NCBI GenBank assembly: GCA_964016885.1
Contig: OZ024740.1
Span: forward strand, 327,794,001-327,858,000
Source of the DNA: Eledone cirrhosa
Lineage: Eukaryota
DNA: 64,000 nucleotides
Direction of reading: 5' to 3'
Shown piece after piece: positions 27,851 through 42,824 of this stretch. The translations under genes and the position numbers were made by a program. Below the pieces are notes generated by a model. It was not told the origin of the DNA. It saw nothing but the letters and a program-made list of their open reading frames with translations, and ran no database searches. Positions within the stretch are counted from its first letter, which is position 1. The number at the start of each line of letters is the position of its first letter.

Positions 27851-28303
27851 TGCAACTCCATGTCCATATGGACAGATAAAATCATATACACATGCGTACA
27901 TAAGTCAAAACATACACCTTCACACATACAATAACATCCATACCTGCACACATGCATGCATGCAGACATGCATACATATCTACCTAGTTGATGTTGTGTA
28001 AATTCAAATGAGACAGTCTTGTATCTATGTTAAAAACCGACTCTCTCTCTCCCTATTGGTATCAATTTATGAAATTATAAAACCAGAAGAACATACATGC
28101 ATACATACACGCACGCACACACACCCACACACACACACCACACACACACCCCACACCCCACCCCCACACCCACACACCCCCACACACACACACACAGTGC
28201 TGTCTGGGTCTAAAAATATTGGTTGCCAGGAGATGAAGTGGGGCCACCTACATATAGAATGCTATCATTTAATTTTTATAATAAATATTACTAATAGCTC
28301 TAG

Positions 28304-28681
28304 GAAAGCCATGAACGACACCATATCTTTTTAACTTTGATTTTGAAAGTAGGTTTATAATTATCATTTTAATTATACTTTCGTAGCTGTCTCGGTGGCC
28401 TAGTTGGAGGAATCATAGACGGTGGTGATCCTGGTCGGGAGTAGGGTTCCCTGTAAACCTTTTCATTTTTTCTATTGGTTGTAAAATAAAAACTGAAAAA
28501 AGGTTTCATATACCTCTTGACCAGGATTGAACCCAAGGTCAGTATTTCCACCGTCTCTAGTACCTACCACTAGACCACAGAGACAGCTACGAAAATCTTA
28601 TGAAAATTCATACTTATAAACCTAATTTCAAAATTTTCAAAATTTTCAAAACAATGTGTTGTGGTGTCGTTCATGTCTTTC
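28304..28681. mobile_element. Palindromic MITE (Kolobok-like ends) with two convergent tRNA-like arms
   Basis: Outer TIR GAAAG(C/A)CATGAACGACACCA, right flank TTAA, inner IR ttttgaaagtaggtttataa. Each arm carries an A-box (TGGYCTAGT), and the right arm also a B-box (GGTTCAATCC). Confidence 0.7.
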
Positions 28682-28790
28682 TTAAGGTCGACTTCTAAAT
28701 CATTTGGGTGTTCCATAAACTACACGTTTTGTTACTCATCTATCTAGACTACATTTTAAAGCTGTAATCTATGTTTCATTTCTGTTCCAT

Positions 28791-28906
<116 letters not shown>

Positions 28907-28995
28907 TTCTCTCTCTCTCTCTCTGTGATATTTGAATCTACTATGATATGAAGGGGGGGCCCACCTCATTATAGAATGCTATCATTTAAATTTTA

Positions 28996-29017
28996 TCTAT
29001 ATATATAAAACTGATGA

Positions 29018-29113
<96 letters not shown>

Positions 29114-29760
29114 AGTTTGAATCCCTAAAACTCGAGAAGTACCCAACCGAATTTTTTCAAACTATACATGTGTATTACTTATGTTTCAGGAAGTGTTATG
29201 CACATTAAAAAATTCGACTTTTTGATCCCCTAGTGCCCGCATTAGGTGAAAAACTGCGTTTTTTCAGCTGTTTGTGGGTTTTTTGAGGCGTTACGTCAGA
29301 CCGATTTCCTTGAAATTGTAACTATGTATTAGTTAGTCTCTTCTTCATACCGAGAGCAAAGAAAATCCAACTTTTTTATGGCCTAGGGCCTGCATTAGGT
29401 GAAAAACTACATTTTTTTTCAGCTTTTTAGGGCTTTTTTGAGGCGTTACGTCTAGCCGATTTTCCCAAAATTTTAAGGCATATTATGCACATAAAAAAAA
29501 TTCATTTTCTTGATCCCCTAGGGCCCGCATTAGGTTAAAACCTGCATTTTTCCTGCTTCATCGAGGAAAATCTTAAAGATTATCCAGCCATCAGAGTATT
29601 CGGTTTATTTTCTTTACATATTGTCCAGGCATGCAGTTTTTCCACGATTAGGTCTGTTGGCGGTCCACGTTCAAAATACCAAAAAATGCTTTGCTTAATT
29701 GTTTTATTTATTTTTTTAAATCTTATTCTTTCTCTTCGATTTCATGTATTTTTTTAAGCA
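28996..29760 (+). mobile_element. Non-autonomous Helitron-like element with (GT)n and internal subrepeats
   Basis: Starts A|TCTATATATATAAAA. It interrupts a repeat whose other copy (28240-28290) continues A|T at this point. cctaggg/gcattaggtgaaaa subrepeats at ~29221, 29381 and 29511. The 3' CTRR end was not found. Confidence 0.65.
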
Positions 29761-29929
29761 AAGCATTGGCTCCTAACATACTATAGTGGGCCCTGTAATG
29801 CTATTGTAGTCCTTTCCAATGCTACCGTGGGCTCTCTGGCACCCACTTGCCATTGGGCAACCAGGCAACCTGGCCAGTCCACCACTGTACATACATACAT
29901 ACTCTCACAGATAAACATGTACATCTTAC

Positions 29930-30570
29930 ATTGAAGATTATCTTCATGGAATCCAGAAGCAAGAAATCCCTGCCAAGTAACTGCTACATAAAATACGAAA
30001 TCATCAGCTAACAAACTGAAGCTATGTAAAACCAAAGGTGAAAGCCTTAACCACATTATTACCAACTGTAAAAGAAGGCACTATCTTCCCATAAAGCATG
30101 ACGTGGTGTTCGGGACACTCTATAACAAATTGATAAAGAAAACACTACTACACATTAAAATAAATATATTGTGACTGATGACTCAACAACATATTGGTAG
30201 AACCTAAAAATATTAACAGCAACCAAATTTTAAAAAAATAAACAACTAACCTGATATTGTAGATTGAAACTAAAAAATAAAAATAAAACATACCATTATA
30301 GAAATTAGCTTCTCACGTGACATAAAGAAAAAAACGTAAGAGAATGCAGGCATTTATGAAAAGTATAAAGATATTGTACCCAAAATGCACTTTCAGCATA
30401 TACCCTTTATTATTGGAGCGACGGGATATATACCAGCCCATCTGGATTAAAGCAAGGTTGAACGTGTTTTGCTGAAGAAAGAACATGCAGCTCCATAACA
30501 CAGACGCTTCAGGTGATCCCGATATCTGGGACATTCAAAATCTGCAATACCGTCTAAAAAATTTCAAAGG
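29930..30570 (+). mobile_element. Second, heavily decayed R4/NeSL-like RLE fragment
   Basis: Remnants IQKQEIP, (R/K)HDVV, PDIV, IIEIS, PFIIGATG in order, with frameshifts. Confidence 0.5.
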
Positions 30571-31359
30571 TGAATAGTTGCGCAAATTATGACGAAGTGT
30601 ACAAAGCACATAGTTTTACAATCTTACCGTGGAGCAGATGACCGATACAAATAACACTAAAACTCTAATCAAAGAGAGAAGCATACATACATACAGGCAG
30701 ATAGATCGAGAGACTGGGAGACTGGGGGCTCAAAGGAATATTCCTGGAACTGCCAACAAATTAAAACACAAGACTAACATTGTTGTTTGGGCCACATATT
30801 AAAAATGCTCTGCTCACTCGACACTAAACATACACACATACACGCACACGCATACACACACACACAGACACACACGCATGCACGCACGCACACACACACA
30901 CACGCGCGCGCATACACGCACGCACACACACACACATACACATACATACATATATACATATATACATACATACATACAAGATCGTATTTTCATATTGTCA
31001 GAGGATAGCAGTCTCATTTCAAATTGTTCAGTCAGGTCCTATTCAACGACATACTTTCATATGCTTTGTGATGCCTCATATGATCACTTGATGATTTACA
31101 AGGCCTAGAGCAAACAGGAAGAACAAAATTCAGCATCTGTAAAGGATTTTTTGGGTGTCTAAAAAATGACATTCTTGCGCATATCTTTTTGATTTCAGGA
31201 TTGGATCATTTTGGTGTCCGTAAATTTGTTCTACATGTATTCGATCTAATGTGAATAATACAGACTGCTCTCAAAAAACACACCCACGCACATACATAAA
31301 CACACACGCATATACATACATACATACACACATACACACACACGCACACACACGCACAC

Positions 31360-31451
<92 letters not shown>

Positions 31452-32339
31452 ACACACACTCATTTTCCCTTTCTGTGTGTTTTGAATGTATCTCCTGGAA
31501 CTAAAAGAAAACAAGAAATAAATCATTCTAAAATCTTGTTCCTATTTAATTGAAAATATAAGACCTAGTATCTTGTGAAGAAAAAGTTATTTGGGTTAAT
31601 ACAATGTACAAGTTATAAATAATCAACTTATCAAATAAGACATTTTATTTTTAATTTTTCCTTCATTTATTATTAGCTGGATTTGTACAATTTTGTAAAT
31701 TAATTGAAAATGTCATCCCAGCATAATAAAATGAGTATCACTACCGCTTTTTACCAAAGAAATATTGTTGTCTACTTATTTACCAAGAGTGAACCAAGTG
31801 ACAACACAAGTTGAACAGTACATCCCTGGAGAACGTTGCTAGTGTTTGCCGTTTAAAACAAGTCTGTGACGTTGTCGTCATGAGTAATATGATAGATTGC
31901 ATGAGCGCTAAAAAATGTAAATACATTCAAAGATCCAGCGACTTTGAGCAATAAATGGAGTCAATCTCTTTGGATTTCTAGTGAATTAATTTCTAGTGCA
32001 ATATCTCATTTTTGTTAATACTAAATGGGAAGCATATAATCCTCTTTTCAAATACACTATTTCCTAAATAATATATGTGTTTCACTCACAAAGTTTGCTT
32101 AAAACCTATTGATAAAGATAAAAACAAAATTAAGTAATGAGAGAAAAGAGGAAGGGGTAAAGAAGGGCAGATTTGGTTGTGTGGGAAAAGGGAGGAAAGG
32201 GAGAGGAAAAGCAAGGACTCTTGGGCTACAGAAGAAAGGGAGGGGGTGCAGTGCTGTTTGGGCTACACCCTATGGACAAAACTAAATCCTTCTGTACACA
32301 TTTCCTTGGCATACCTAGGTCAGAATCAAATTAGACTTA

Positions 32340-32710
32340 GAAGCACCTGGATAATGAGACGCATGAGGCAGCCAGAGTGCTGCAATGACCACGGCCAGTT
32401 GCATCTATCAACACATCATTCCAACTTTTGTTGACGGGTTTCAGGTCTCTGTCAATTGCCTGCCGCCAATACTTCCTGGGTAGTCCTCTTCACTTCTTTC
32501 CACGGGGGTACCGATACAGGACCTGATTAGCATGTCTCTCTCTTGGAAGTCATGTGACGTGTCCCAGCCAGCCAAGTGGACTCTTGCACATGATGTTAGA
32601 CACATGTTGTTGGTGGGTTCATTGACAGACCTTTTTGTTGGGGATTAAGTCATCCCACTTGATGCCAAAGATTTTGCGTAGACATTTGGTTTCAAAATCA
32701 TCTAATTTAT
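32340..32710 (-). mobile_element. RTE-clade LINE 3' fragment
   Basis: Minus strand reads FETKCLRKIFGIKWDD..WLGHV..RGLPRKYW. Confidence 0.7.
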
Positions 32711-34374
32711 TCTCGTGTATAAACGACAGGTTTTTGCAGTTTCTGTCTACCAAATGTCACTAAAAAATCATTGATCAACCCGAGGCAATAGTAGACACTT
32801 GCCTAAAGTGCTCCAGGAAAGGATTGGTCCCTAAACCGAAGCGAAATCCTTGACCACATAACCATACCTGTGCCTGACTATTTTTGTTTCGTCCGTTATT
32901 GTTGGGTAATCTTAAGTTCGCCTTGATATAGCAGATGTTCTATAATCAAAGGCATTCCAGCCATGATGACTTATTTCATATGAATAATTACGTTATCCGA
33001 CGTGTCGTGTTTTTAAGACCGTAAAAATTGTTTTGAAGGGGATCTGTCTGCTACTTCTAGTAGGTTGAGTGATTACGCCGTTGTTTTTTCGTTGTTTTTT
33101 TACTTATTTGTTATTTTATTTATGACTATATATATTACTTACTACGATTTTACCAAACATTCCAACTCACTACTTTCCAAAGTAGAAATGTGTGTATGAA
33201 CAGTCAATTTATGAACATCCAAGAACAGCATTGGTAATAACATAAAAAGACCGAGTAATCATGATTGGAACGCCTTTGATCCTACGTTTTCTCTATCAAG
33301 AAGGAGTTGGAACTAAACATATTACATCTACGTTGATATTTGAATATGAATTGCATATATGCAAAACTCAATATTGAATCGGACACCCCAAATAATTATT
33401 TTTAAATTTCTGATTCAGGATGTCACTTTCGAGATAGCATATCGATATATGAGCATATCCTCTCTCTGTGTGTGTGTGTGTGTGTGTGTGCAGGTGGGTG
33501 GATGTGTGTGTGCGTGCATGTATGTGTGTGTTCACCGCTTTACAAACGTTATCAACTCACGCGTACGGTAATAAAGAGATAGCATTCACTCTCTCATTCC
33601 TCAATATAAACAATATAAATGCTTACATATCAATAGTAAAACAGATTGTTTTACCTTACATATTTAAACATTAGATATAATCTTGACAGATGCCAGAGGA
33701 AATAACACCTTATATTTCAATAGCTGCCAAACGTAAATTATCTTTGCTATAAATATGACATTCCATGCATTTGAAATTAGTACGGTGAACAATACCGACA
33801 AACGCGTAACTCCGATAACTTAACAGAAGATACATTTTTCATAAATTTCTGTTCACATTAAATTTTCTCCTTTCGTAAGAAGCGTATAGTTTATATATAC
33901 CACCAGTCCCTCGAATGAGGAATTTTATGGATAATCTTCATATTTTTCTACATTTACCATTTAGACCATGCAATTCAAATTATAAAATTACCTTTTCGAG
34001 CAGAATCGTCTTGCCACTGCTAAGGCGTATAAAATGAGAAAGACCATTTTCTGATAAGATCAAATCAATCAGAAAATTAACTGAATATTCTTCGTTTCTT
34101 CAATTCTATCTTTTAAAATGAATAACAATTCTTAATAATTTGCTTTCTTTTAAAATCTTTTTTGAATTAAACAATTATTGTATTTAATTCGAACTAAACT
34201 ATTTTTCTTCTTTATTATTTTAATTTAAAAACGCTTCTTTCTTGTCTTACTTTCTTCTTATATAAAGTTTTGCAATTGTTAGTAATTCAAAAATAATATT
34301 TATACTATTACATAACCCAGTACTCGTTTGTTCGGTTTCTTCATCAAGATTTAACAAAGCTATATTTGTGGATT

Positions 34375-34491
<117 letters not shown>

Positions 34492-35149
34492 GTAGTTACG
34501 CCTACATCACACGCTTAAAAACCGGTTCTGTTGGCTTAGTTCCGTAACTATCATCAACCTTATGCACGCATGCACATAAATAGAGAGAGAGAGAGAAAAT
34601 AGAAAGAGAAAAGGGAAAGAGAGAGAGAGAGAGAGGGGTGAAAAACAGATAACGTTGTTGACAAAGAGCAATGTTTTCTGGCAGCAATAAAAAAAAATTT
34701 GAATATTCTGAATAAATCTTGCACCTCCTTTTCGAATGATTTTGTCAGATTGCAGAGTTCCTAAGTGAGAAACGGACAAAAAATGCAGTACAGTTATTAT
34801 AATACAGATTGATATCATTTCATATATTACTATGCTACTTTTAGTTATTCAAGAAAAGAGGGATTTTTAACTGTTTTATTTACTAAATCAGTAACTTAAA
34901 AATATGTGTATATTTTATCAAAGTATTAGAATTACAATATTGGTATCAAAAACTAGTATTCAAACTTTCGGTATTATATATTTTAACTCTCCTCTGTGTG
35001 TGTTTTTGTATGTGTATTCAACGGACATAGTTGATATGAAAATGAAGCGTGGGGTGGGGCAAGAGATAGAAAAAAACGAAAATATAAGAAGCAGAAACTA
35101 AAAATGAATGGTTGGATGATATCATTTCTTGAATAACTTAGTTCCACAT

Positions 35150-36350
35150 CACCATTAACAGCATTAGCAGTTAGCGTGCATCAACCCAATGGCGTATCAG
35201 ATGGATAATGAAACGCTTTTTCAAGAACCAAGAGTGCTTTTCAAAGAGGCAGAAAACTATAATAGAACTGTTTATATCAAGAACCAGATAAACATAGCCC
35301 TGTTGATATTTAGTGCTATTCAGCATCACGAGCTGGGTTTCCTGGGGTTTGTAAAAATGTCACAAAATGTAATTGTATCAAATGCCTGCAGAAAGTAATG
35401 TTTATATTGGGTTTAAAAGAGTAAAGGACCATAGAAATATGTTTAGCCCAAAAAGAAATCGCTAACATAGAGCTTCAAACTGAAATTACATTAGAACAAA
35501 AGGAGATCTTCATAGAATTTACCATTGCATAAAAGTTCAGCAACACAAAACTTTACATTGCGTGGTGACAAGGATCCTATAGACAAGAAAAAGAGAACAA
35601 TTTTGAAAATGTTCGCAAACTTTGATCTTGAAAACGGCATCTTCGTAACGGGGAGGAAAATATCTCTCTGTTAATATAAAATGAATACATTTAGTTGATG
35701 GCTTCTACTGTTCACCATAAATTACTATGTAGCATTCATTCATAAGGCTAAATATTTTCCCCCGTGTTTGATTCTACACTGGATTAAACACATCGATAAT
35801 AAATACTAGAAACATTATATTGATATTGATTTTAAGAACAAAAATTGTAGAGCCTTTTCTTAGATGTATTCAATTCAAATGAAGAGATGCTGAGAACATA
35901 ATTTGGGATCAACCTTTAAAACACGAAATGATGTTAGGAAACTGTCCATCTCTATGCTATGACAATACTACAGTTGTGTATTACAAAAGTGAACTTCAAC
36001 AGAGAATTCATGAAAACTTGCAACAATATTTTTGTAAGCTGCGATAATCATTTTGTCAGTTTGTATGGAGAGCATGCAACTAATCATGATATAATAATGA
36101 TAATTTTTTAGGGGCAATTCAGTTGATTTATACACAATTTGGTGGTTCAACTCTCCGTTGACAAAAGCTGTCATATGTTACATCTAAATTTGAAAATCTA
36201 TGGAATTCCAGAACAGAAACTTTGAAATACTTCGATATCATAGTAAAAATTTGACAGTATTGTTGATAATCAAAATTAAACTGTTTGTACAAGAGGTGGT
36301 AAGACAGCTTCTCAATTAGATTTTAATTTTTAATTTCTGACTTTTGATTG
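35150..36350 (+). pseudogene. Decayed hAT/ZMYM1-type (DUF4371-like) transposase
   Basis: Collinear degenerate motifs HELGFLG (cf. xLAFRG), CYDN (cf. CYDG), FV..xxH..N and T.WWFNS (cf. TRW), with many stops. Confidence 0.45.
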
Positions 36351-39300
36351 TATTTTACAATACAATTCTTATCCGGATTGTTCGTGTTCAAAAGCGACTC
36401 CAAGATCATACGAAAAACTTTCATAATGATGCTTATCATATAAAGTCTTTTCAATGTTATTTTCGAAGCAGTGGAGAATCATTGACAAGCGAATCACTTG
36501 GGGCTGTGCTGAAACTATTTGATGACTAGAATATCTAAGTAGTAAGACGCCAAAGAAATAAATAAAAACAAATACTTGTTTTCAAAATAGTTACATCTGT
36601 ATTTTCTGTTACTGAAACTAAAATATTGTGTACGATGTTTTAGTATAATGAATTATAAATGGAGAAATGAAAGAAGTAGATGTACGGTTGAACAAATAAA
36701 GTGTGGGCTTTTGATATATTTCAACTTGCAAGGTAATTGTTTAGATTTTTCAGACTTTTTTTTTTTTTTAATAATAACCTTTTGCTGAAGTATGCCAAAA
36801 GCCAGAAAAAATATTATTTTAAAACATTAAAACATCCTCAAGTGCTGTTAAATTTAGTATTATTGACATATTCAATAAAGAGCTATAGAATATAGTAGTG
36901 AACATATATTTTAGCATATATAACATCAACCTAAACTATGATTCTATGAATAATATATATTATTGAAATCGTTGCATCAAGCAGCTTGCTAATATTATTT
37001 TAAAGTTATATATTTATAAATTTGAAAGTTGATGCATTTGGCTTATCAATGTGTAACCCACGATGGAATTAGGGGTTAGTGGGGATTTTGATGTTGCAGC
37101 TATTTCTATGTAAGCGTGTTATTTATACTTGTACGGACTGAGTGGAAGATATAGTGATTTTAGGATATCGTTGTAGTCATTTTCAAAGGAATGTGCCTGA
37201 GTGTTTGGAAATGGTTTTCATTAGTGACATGAACAGTGAGTGTTTTAATATACCACGGCAATATACTGTGCCCCTTGAATACTCTAGTCATTTTTTTATG
37301 TAAATATTTTTCTTTGTATTCTTATTCCTATAAAGAAATTATAATGTGGAAGAAATTATAATGAATAATATATCCAACCCTCTAACAATGTGTGGCTGTG
37401 AGCTTTTGTATGAAATTATTTATTTTTACGTTACAACGTTATTCATTTTTCTGAAAACTAAATAGTAACATTTTGTAAATGTTATTATTTGTTGGTTTTG
37501 AGTGATGATTTTGAAAACTCAGTAAGAATGTTATCTTTTAAGGTAATAGAGACAATTAAATGTTAAGATTTAGCTTCCATTGTTCTGTGATATCCACATG
37601 GGCTGGGAGAGATTCTCCGATATGTTACAATTTATTTCTTTGATTAGCATTCTAACCGTGGTCACCCCGTCTTTTTTCTGGCATATTATATCTAGTATAA
37701 GTTTATCTTGAATAACCAATTTGAAGACGATGGGATATCATTTGAGGAAAATCTTGTCGAAATTCCTTGTTAGTTGAAAGGATATATTATCAAAGAAATA
37801 TATATATGTATACAAAATAAGAACCGGATCAAGGCCATCTGGCACGTAATTCATCTTTTGACCGTTGGTCATCCGACAACATCAGCACAGCAATAAACCA
37901 TCACTCTTCTTATTTTTATAAACGTGCTTTTGTGTTTATATACGTGTAATATAACACAAGATATGCTAATGCAAATGTTCAACAGTTGTTACAAATTCAA
38001 TGTACTCTTAAACATCACATCTGACTGTTTACTGTAAACAGTGTATTTCTGGCATATGAAACCTATTTTCTGTTAGTTGGTATTTATAACCATTCAGATA
38101 TCAAAAGCCTAAAGGGACATTTAATCTTGTAATGTTATCACGTCGGCTAATTACAAATCCTTATCATTTATCGTTGTGTTCGTTGCTGTATTTCCAATTT
38201 GTATAGCTTATAGTTTTGTATATATTTTTAACAGATATGAAATGTAGATACGCTAGTGTTGCACAGAAGAGGAAAATAACTGCAGAAGGAACTTTCACAA
38301 AGTTGTTGGCTAGTTTACCCCTGTGGCAACGGCTACTGATCCTGATCTTGATACAGTAGAATACAAGGGATGAAACAGAAGTATAAAGCAAAAAAATGGA
38401 GAAGCATGAGACTATTCTTTTTTTTAGACAAATCTTTGGGACGACATTCAGGAAAGTGTAAACAAAATAAGTAAAGTGTTGCAGTTAAAAGATAATGATA
38501 TATTTGTTGTCAATAATCTCTTCAAATCTCTGAAAGCCTGTCTTCAAAAACTGAAATCCTAATTCAGTATGAAGTGAAGGCTAACATCATGTGTCCAGAT
38601 TCAAAATATATCGATGGAGATAAATGTGCAAGAAATTACATGGTGGGCATGGAGAGTTAATCTCTTAAGATTGGTTGAAATCTGTTTCCCAATGTTAAAA
38701 TTACACTCCGAATATTCATATGTGGTGGTCACTAATTGAACCGGAGGATGGGCGTTTTCTAGGTTGAATGAAAGAATTATCTTTACAAAGCAATTGAATA
38801 GAACGCGGCATCCACAACAGTAACGTAGACTTTCAACTGATTATAAAAGGGCTCAAGTTGTCGATCTCCTTGCAGTGGTCCTTGGAAACTGATCACTGAT
38901 TTCGATCAGCCGAATGACAACAACTTGATACAGAACAGTTTCATACGCAAAACGAAGAACTGATTATAAAGCAAATTTATGCAATGAAATGCCATACATT
39001 TTCTGAACAGAGATTATCTTACTATATATATATATATGAACATATGCTGGATCATCAACAGCAACGAAATGCTACAAATTTCCTAGTTTAAATGTTTAAT
39101 TTTGATGTGTTGGAAGTGAAAACGTTAGGGGCCCCAATTGCTTTTCCCAGGGGCCTCAAATATATCTAAAACAGCTCTGGCTAATCCTCATAGCATCGTT
39201 TGCTGGTGTACGTCATCTTAGAATGAGATTATCTCAACATATATAAGAACTATTACTGTTATATCATCAAAGTCTATAGTATCTGAAGTTACGTAATACT

Positions 39301-41607
39301 AATGATGTCTTTGTTTTTATTGTTGCCGTTTAATCTGGATCAATTTGATCAGACAGACCTATGGTTAAGGACATGTTTTCAGACACAGTATATTTAGGAT
39401 TGCATCATCCAATGCGTTCCCATGGTTTAAAACTATTGGCTGTGATTTTATAAATGTATGTATGTGGTGGTGGTGAGTAGTGAATGGTGGGTAAAATTAT
39501 GGGTCAAGAATTGTGGGTAAATCGGAGGTAAATTAGTCGGTAAAATATACTGAGTAAGTTTTTTTTTAAAGTCTCTCCCTAACCATCAGGCTCATAAGAC
39601 CGGTGTTTATCCATCCTGGTTACATTTTTCATCAGTATTATGTGAGCGAGACTACAAGACTCCCTCTGAACAGGACGCCAGTCCACCGCAGGTTTAACCT
39701 CCAGCTACTGCTGGTACTCATTTTTAGTTGGGTGTACTGGAGCAACGTGAAATGAAGTGTTTTCCTCAAAAACACAACGCGCCATCTGGTCCAAGAATTA
39801 AACCACAACGTTATGATCGTAAGTTCAACACCTTAACCACTTGGCCCCGCGGTTCACGATCGTAAGAGCGTGAGTTCAATTCCCGAATTGGGTAACGTGT
39901 TGTGCTTTGAGTAAGAAGACACTTTCTATCACCTTTGCTTCTGTCCACTCAGCTAGCACAACAGTTGTACCTGTAATTCAATAAGCCTGTCGTATCACTC
40001 ATGTTGTCACGTTGAATCTCGCGGAGAACTAGATTAAGGGTGCACGTGTCTGTGGAATGCTTGACCACTTATATATTAATTTCCTGGGCAGGCAGTTCAG
40101 TTCTATACTTTTGAGTAAATGGTAGGGAAAATAGTGAATAAAATAGTATATTACGGCTAAGATAGTGGATAACATACTGGATAAGAAATGCCCATTTATA
40201 TTTTGAAGAGAATGCTTTTAAAAGGATGCTGGAAATCTTCAGTTGATAGTAGATAGTAGATACATTCAGAGTTATTTGCATGCAATTCAGAAGATTGTTA
40301 AAATCGAAATTTATTAAATTACTAAAAAAATAAAAAAATATAGAATTTAAATTAAATTTTTTTGTGTCACACATTTTAAAAATTTTCTTGAAATACATAC
40401 ATGCTTTGCTTTTCAAAATATTGTACTTGTTTACATGATTAGTATAAATGAATTTATTTTCCTCATCAACAATTTCTTTATTGTTTATTGCCATACTTGT
40501 AGGTAGGTATAAGATATTCAAGGCAGCATTCAATATTTAATCATTAAGCAAAATAAGAACATGCTTAGAGCATCAAGGGAAGAGAGACACCGTTTTATTC
40601 AGATTAAATGTATTTGCTAATGCTGTAAATAATTTTTGGAAATAGCTAGTGTTATTGTATGTAGTTGTTGTAATAGTGGTGGTGTTGGCGGCATTGGCAC
40701 TCTTGTTGATATTATTGTTGTTACTACTGAAGTTGTTGATGTTGCTGCTGCTGTTGTTGTTGTTGTTCTATAAGTCAAACTTGATCAAGAAGCTATGATC
40801 AAAAGTGTTCTAACCGTGCCTATCCAGTTATCGTTTGTGTATCTAGAACACATTCAAATCTCGCCGAGGTTGACTTTGCCTTTCATCCTTACGGGGTCGA
40901 TAAAATAAAGTACCAGTAATGCACTGGGTAATTGCTGGCCTTGTGCCTAACGTAGAAACAATTATTAAACGTATTCCTGAGTTAAAGAAGATGATTTGGC
41001 TGGTATATCTAGCTGGTTGAGCGACCACGTAGAGACATCCTTGTTGGCTCCTATAAGTGTAGTATAGTCATACAATGTGCCATAGAACAATGGTAGTGTT
41101 GTTGTTGATCGAGAGAGAGCTTTTACGCAATCGGTCAACATGCTAGAAATAGCAGCCAATTCTTCCTCAAATCACACCCTGACATGTTACACACAAGAAT
41201 GACACTTGAACAACATAGTCTTAGATATTTTTTAAATGGAGTAGTTGTAAGTGATGCACCTTTGATAATAGGTCAGTGGTGCAATGTATTATAGTGTTGT
41301 AATTTAGATATAATGTGTAACATTTAACAAAAAAGCTAAGACATATTTCAGTATTCTAGTCTTTCCATAGTAACCATTTGATTTGTTCCTCTTGTTAAAG
41401 TCTGTTCCTTCCATCTAATATCAAATGAGATAGATAGATACGTTGTATGGCTTATGTTGCAACTACTGCCGCTGCTGTTCTCACTCGTGCAGCTTCCTTC
41501 CTTTATCAACTTCGTTTGCTGGAGGCATTGAACGCAACATTGCACGCCAACGAAACACTCGTCAATTTTACAATGTCCCAGTCGTCTGCTACTTCACCGA
41601 ACTGCTC

Positions 41608-41686
<79 letters not shown>

Positions 41687-42167
41687 ATGATACTTATTGT
41701 AGCCCGAAAGAAGTGTTATTTATTGTTAGTTTTGGATGCAATCTTATCTTCCAAGAACACACGACGTCACGAGAAGGCGTGACTAGAGAGTCAGACTCCT
41801 GCTACTGCCTGTGTATCAAGTATGTGGGCGTGGACAACTATTCAAATCTGCTCCTATTGTTGCTATGGCTACTGTCGTTACAAGACGACGACGACTACGA
41901 CGACGAATTCTCAATTGTATTAATGTTTCGTTAGATTCTTATTGTTGTTATTTTGACTCTTTATATTTCAGAGAGTTGTGATTATTGTTCAGTTTGAGTG
42001 ACTTTAGTAATAATAGTAGGTGGGACAGGTAGGGGAAGAGGTAAAAAACATCACAATCTCTCTCATAAAAAAAATTCTAATGTTTTGAGTCTTTGAAATT
42101 CTCCTTCTTTAAACTGTTATTCATTATATACATGTGTAAAAGTGTGTACGTTCGTTTGTTTGGGCAC

Positions 42168-42198
<31 letters not shown>

Positions 42199-42824
42199 CG
42201 TGTGAGTGTGATTATAAGAGAGTGAATGTGCGTGTATGTATGTACGTATGTGATTGTGTCTGTTTGTGTAAATGTGTGTGCGTTGTACCCGTAATCCCAA
42301 AGCCCAACCTTATCATTGCATGCTATGTTGTGCTGTTTCTGACTTGGAATTACGTTAAGACCACAAGTGTCTGTGAAATACCCAGCTGTGTAAACTATTC
42401 TTCAATGAGTAGATAGTTCCGTTTAGCGAACAACTGGAGTGTACATCATGAAACCTATAGAGGTTCCATTTATCTTAAAGGACAAAATCAGACGATTCCG
42501 ATGAAATTTATAATAGGCTGCATCTACCCACAATAAACGCCATGAGAAAAAAATGGTTATATTTTCTTCGGAATAAATGTGTCCTTGTGTATAAATGTGT
42601 GAGTTGAATTAATATAATGGTGTAAACAAGAATGCATTCTACTATATTCAAGGGGAGTAACTTTTAAACTTATGTGGTTACGTCCCTTGTAAATGAAAAA
42701 AGAATTATTTATGATTTGAAACAGCGGTTCCGAACCTTTTCGCTGCCAAGCTTTTATTTAAATGATTTTTGTAAGCGCTTAGGCTTTGAAAAGATCTGTC
42801 TACTGAACAAACAGATTTTATTAA

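Noticed and set aside
38160-38800. Possible second decayed hAT transposase C-terminus
   Set aside because: Only faint FPNV and xxxxFS-like motifs, not supportable without a profile search.
40069-40533. 154-aa minus-strand ORF
   Set aside because: AT-rich, non-ATG start, no recognisable domain, and it ends inside a SINE.
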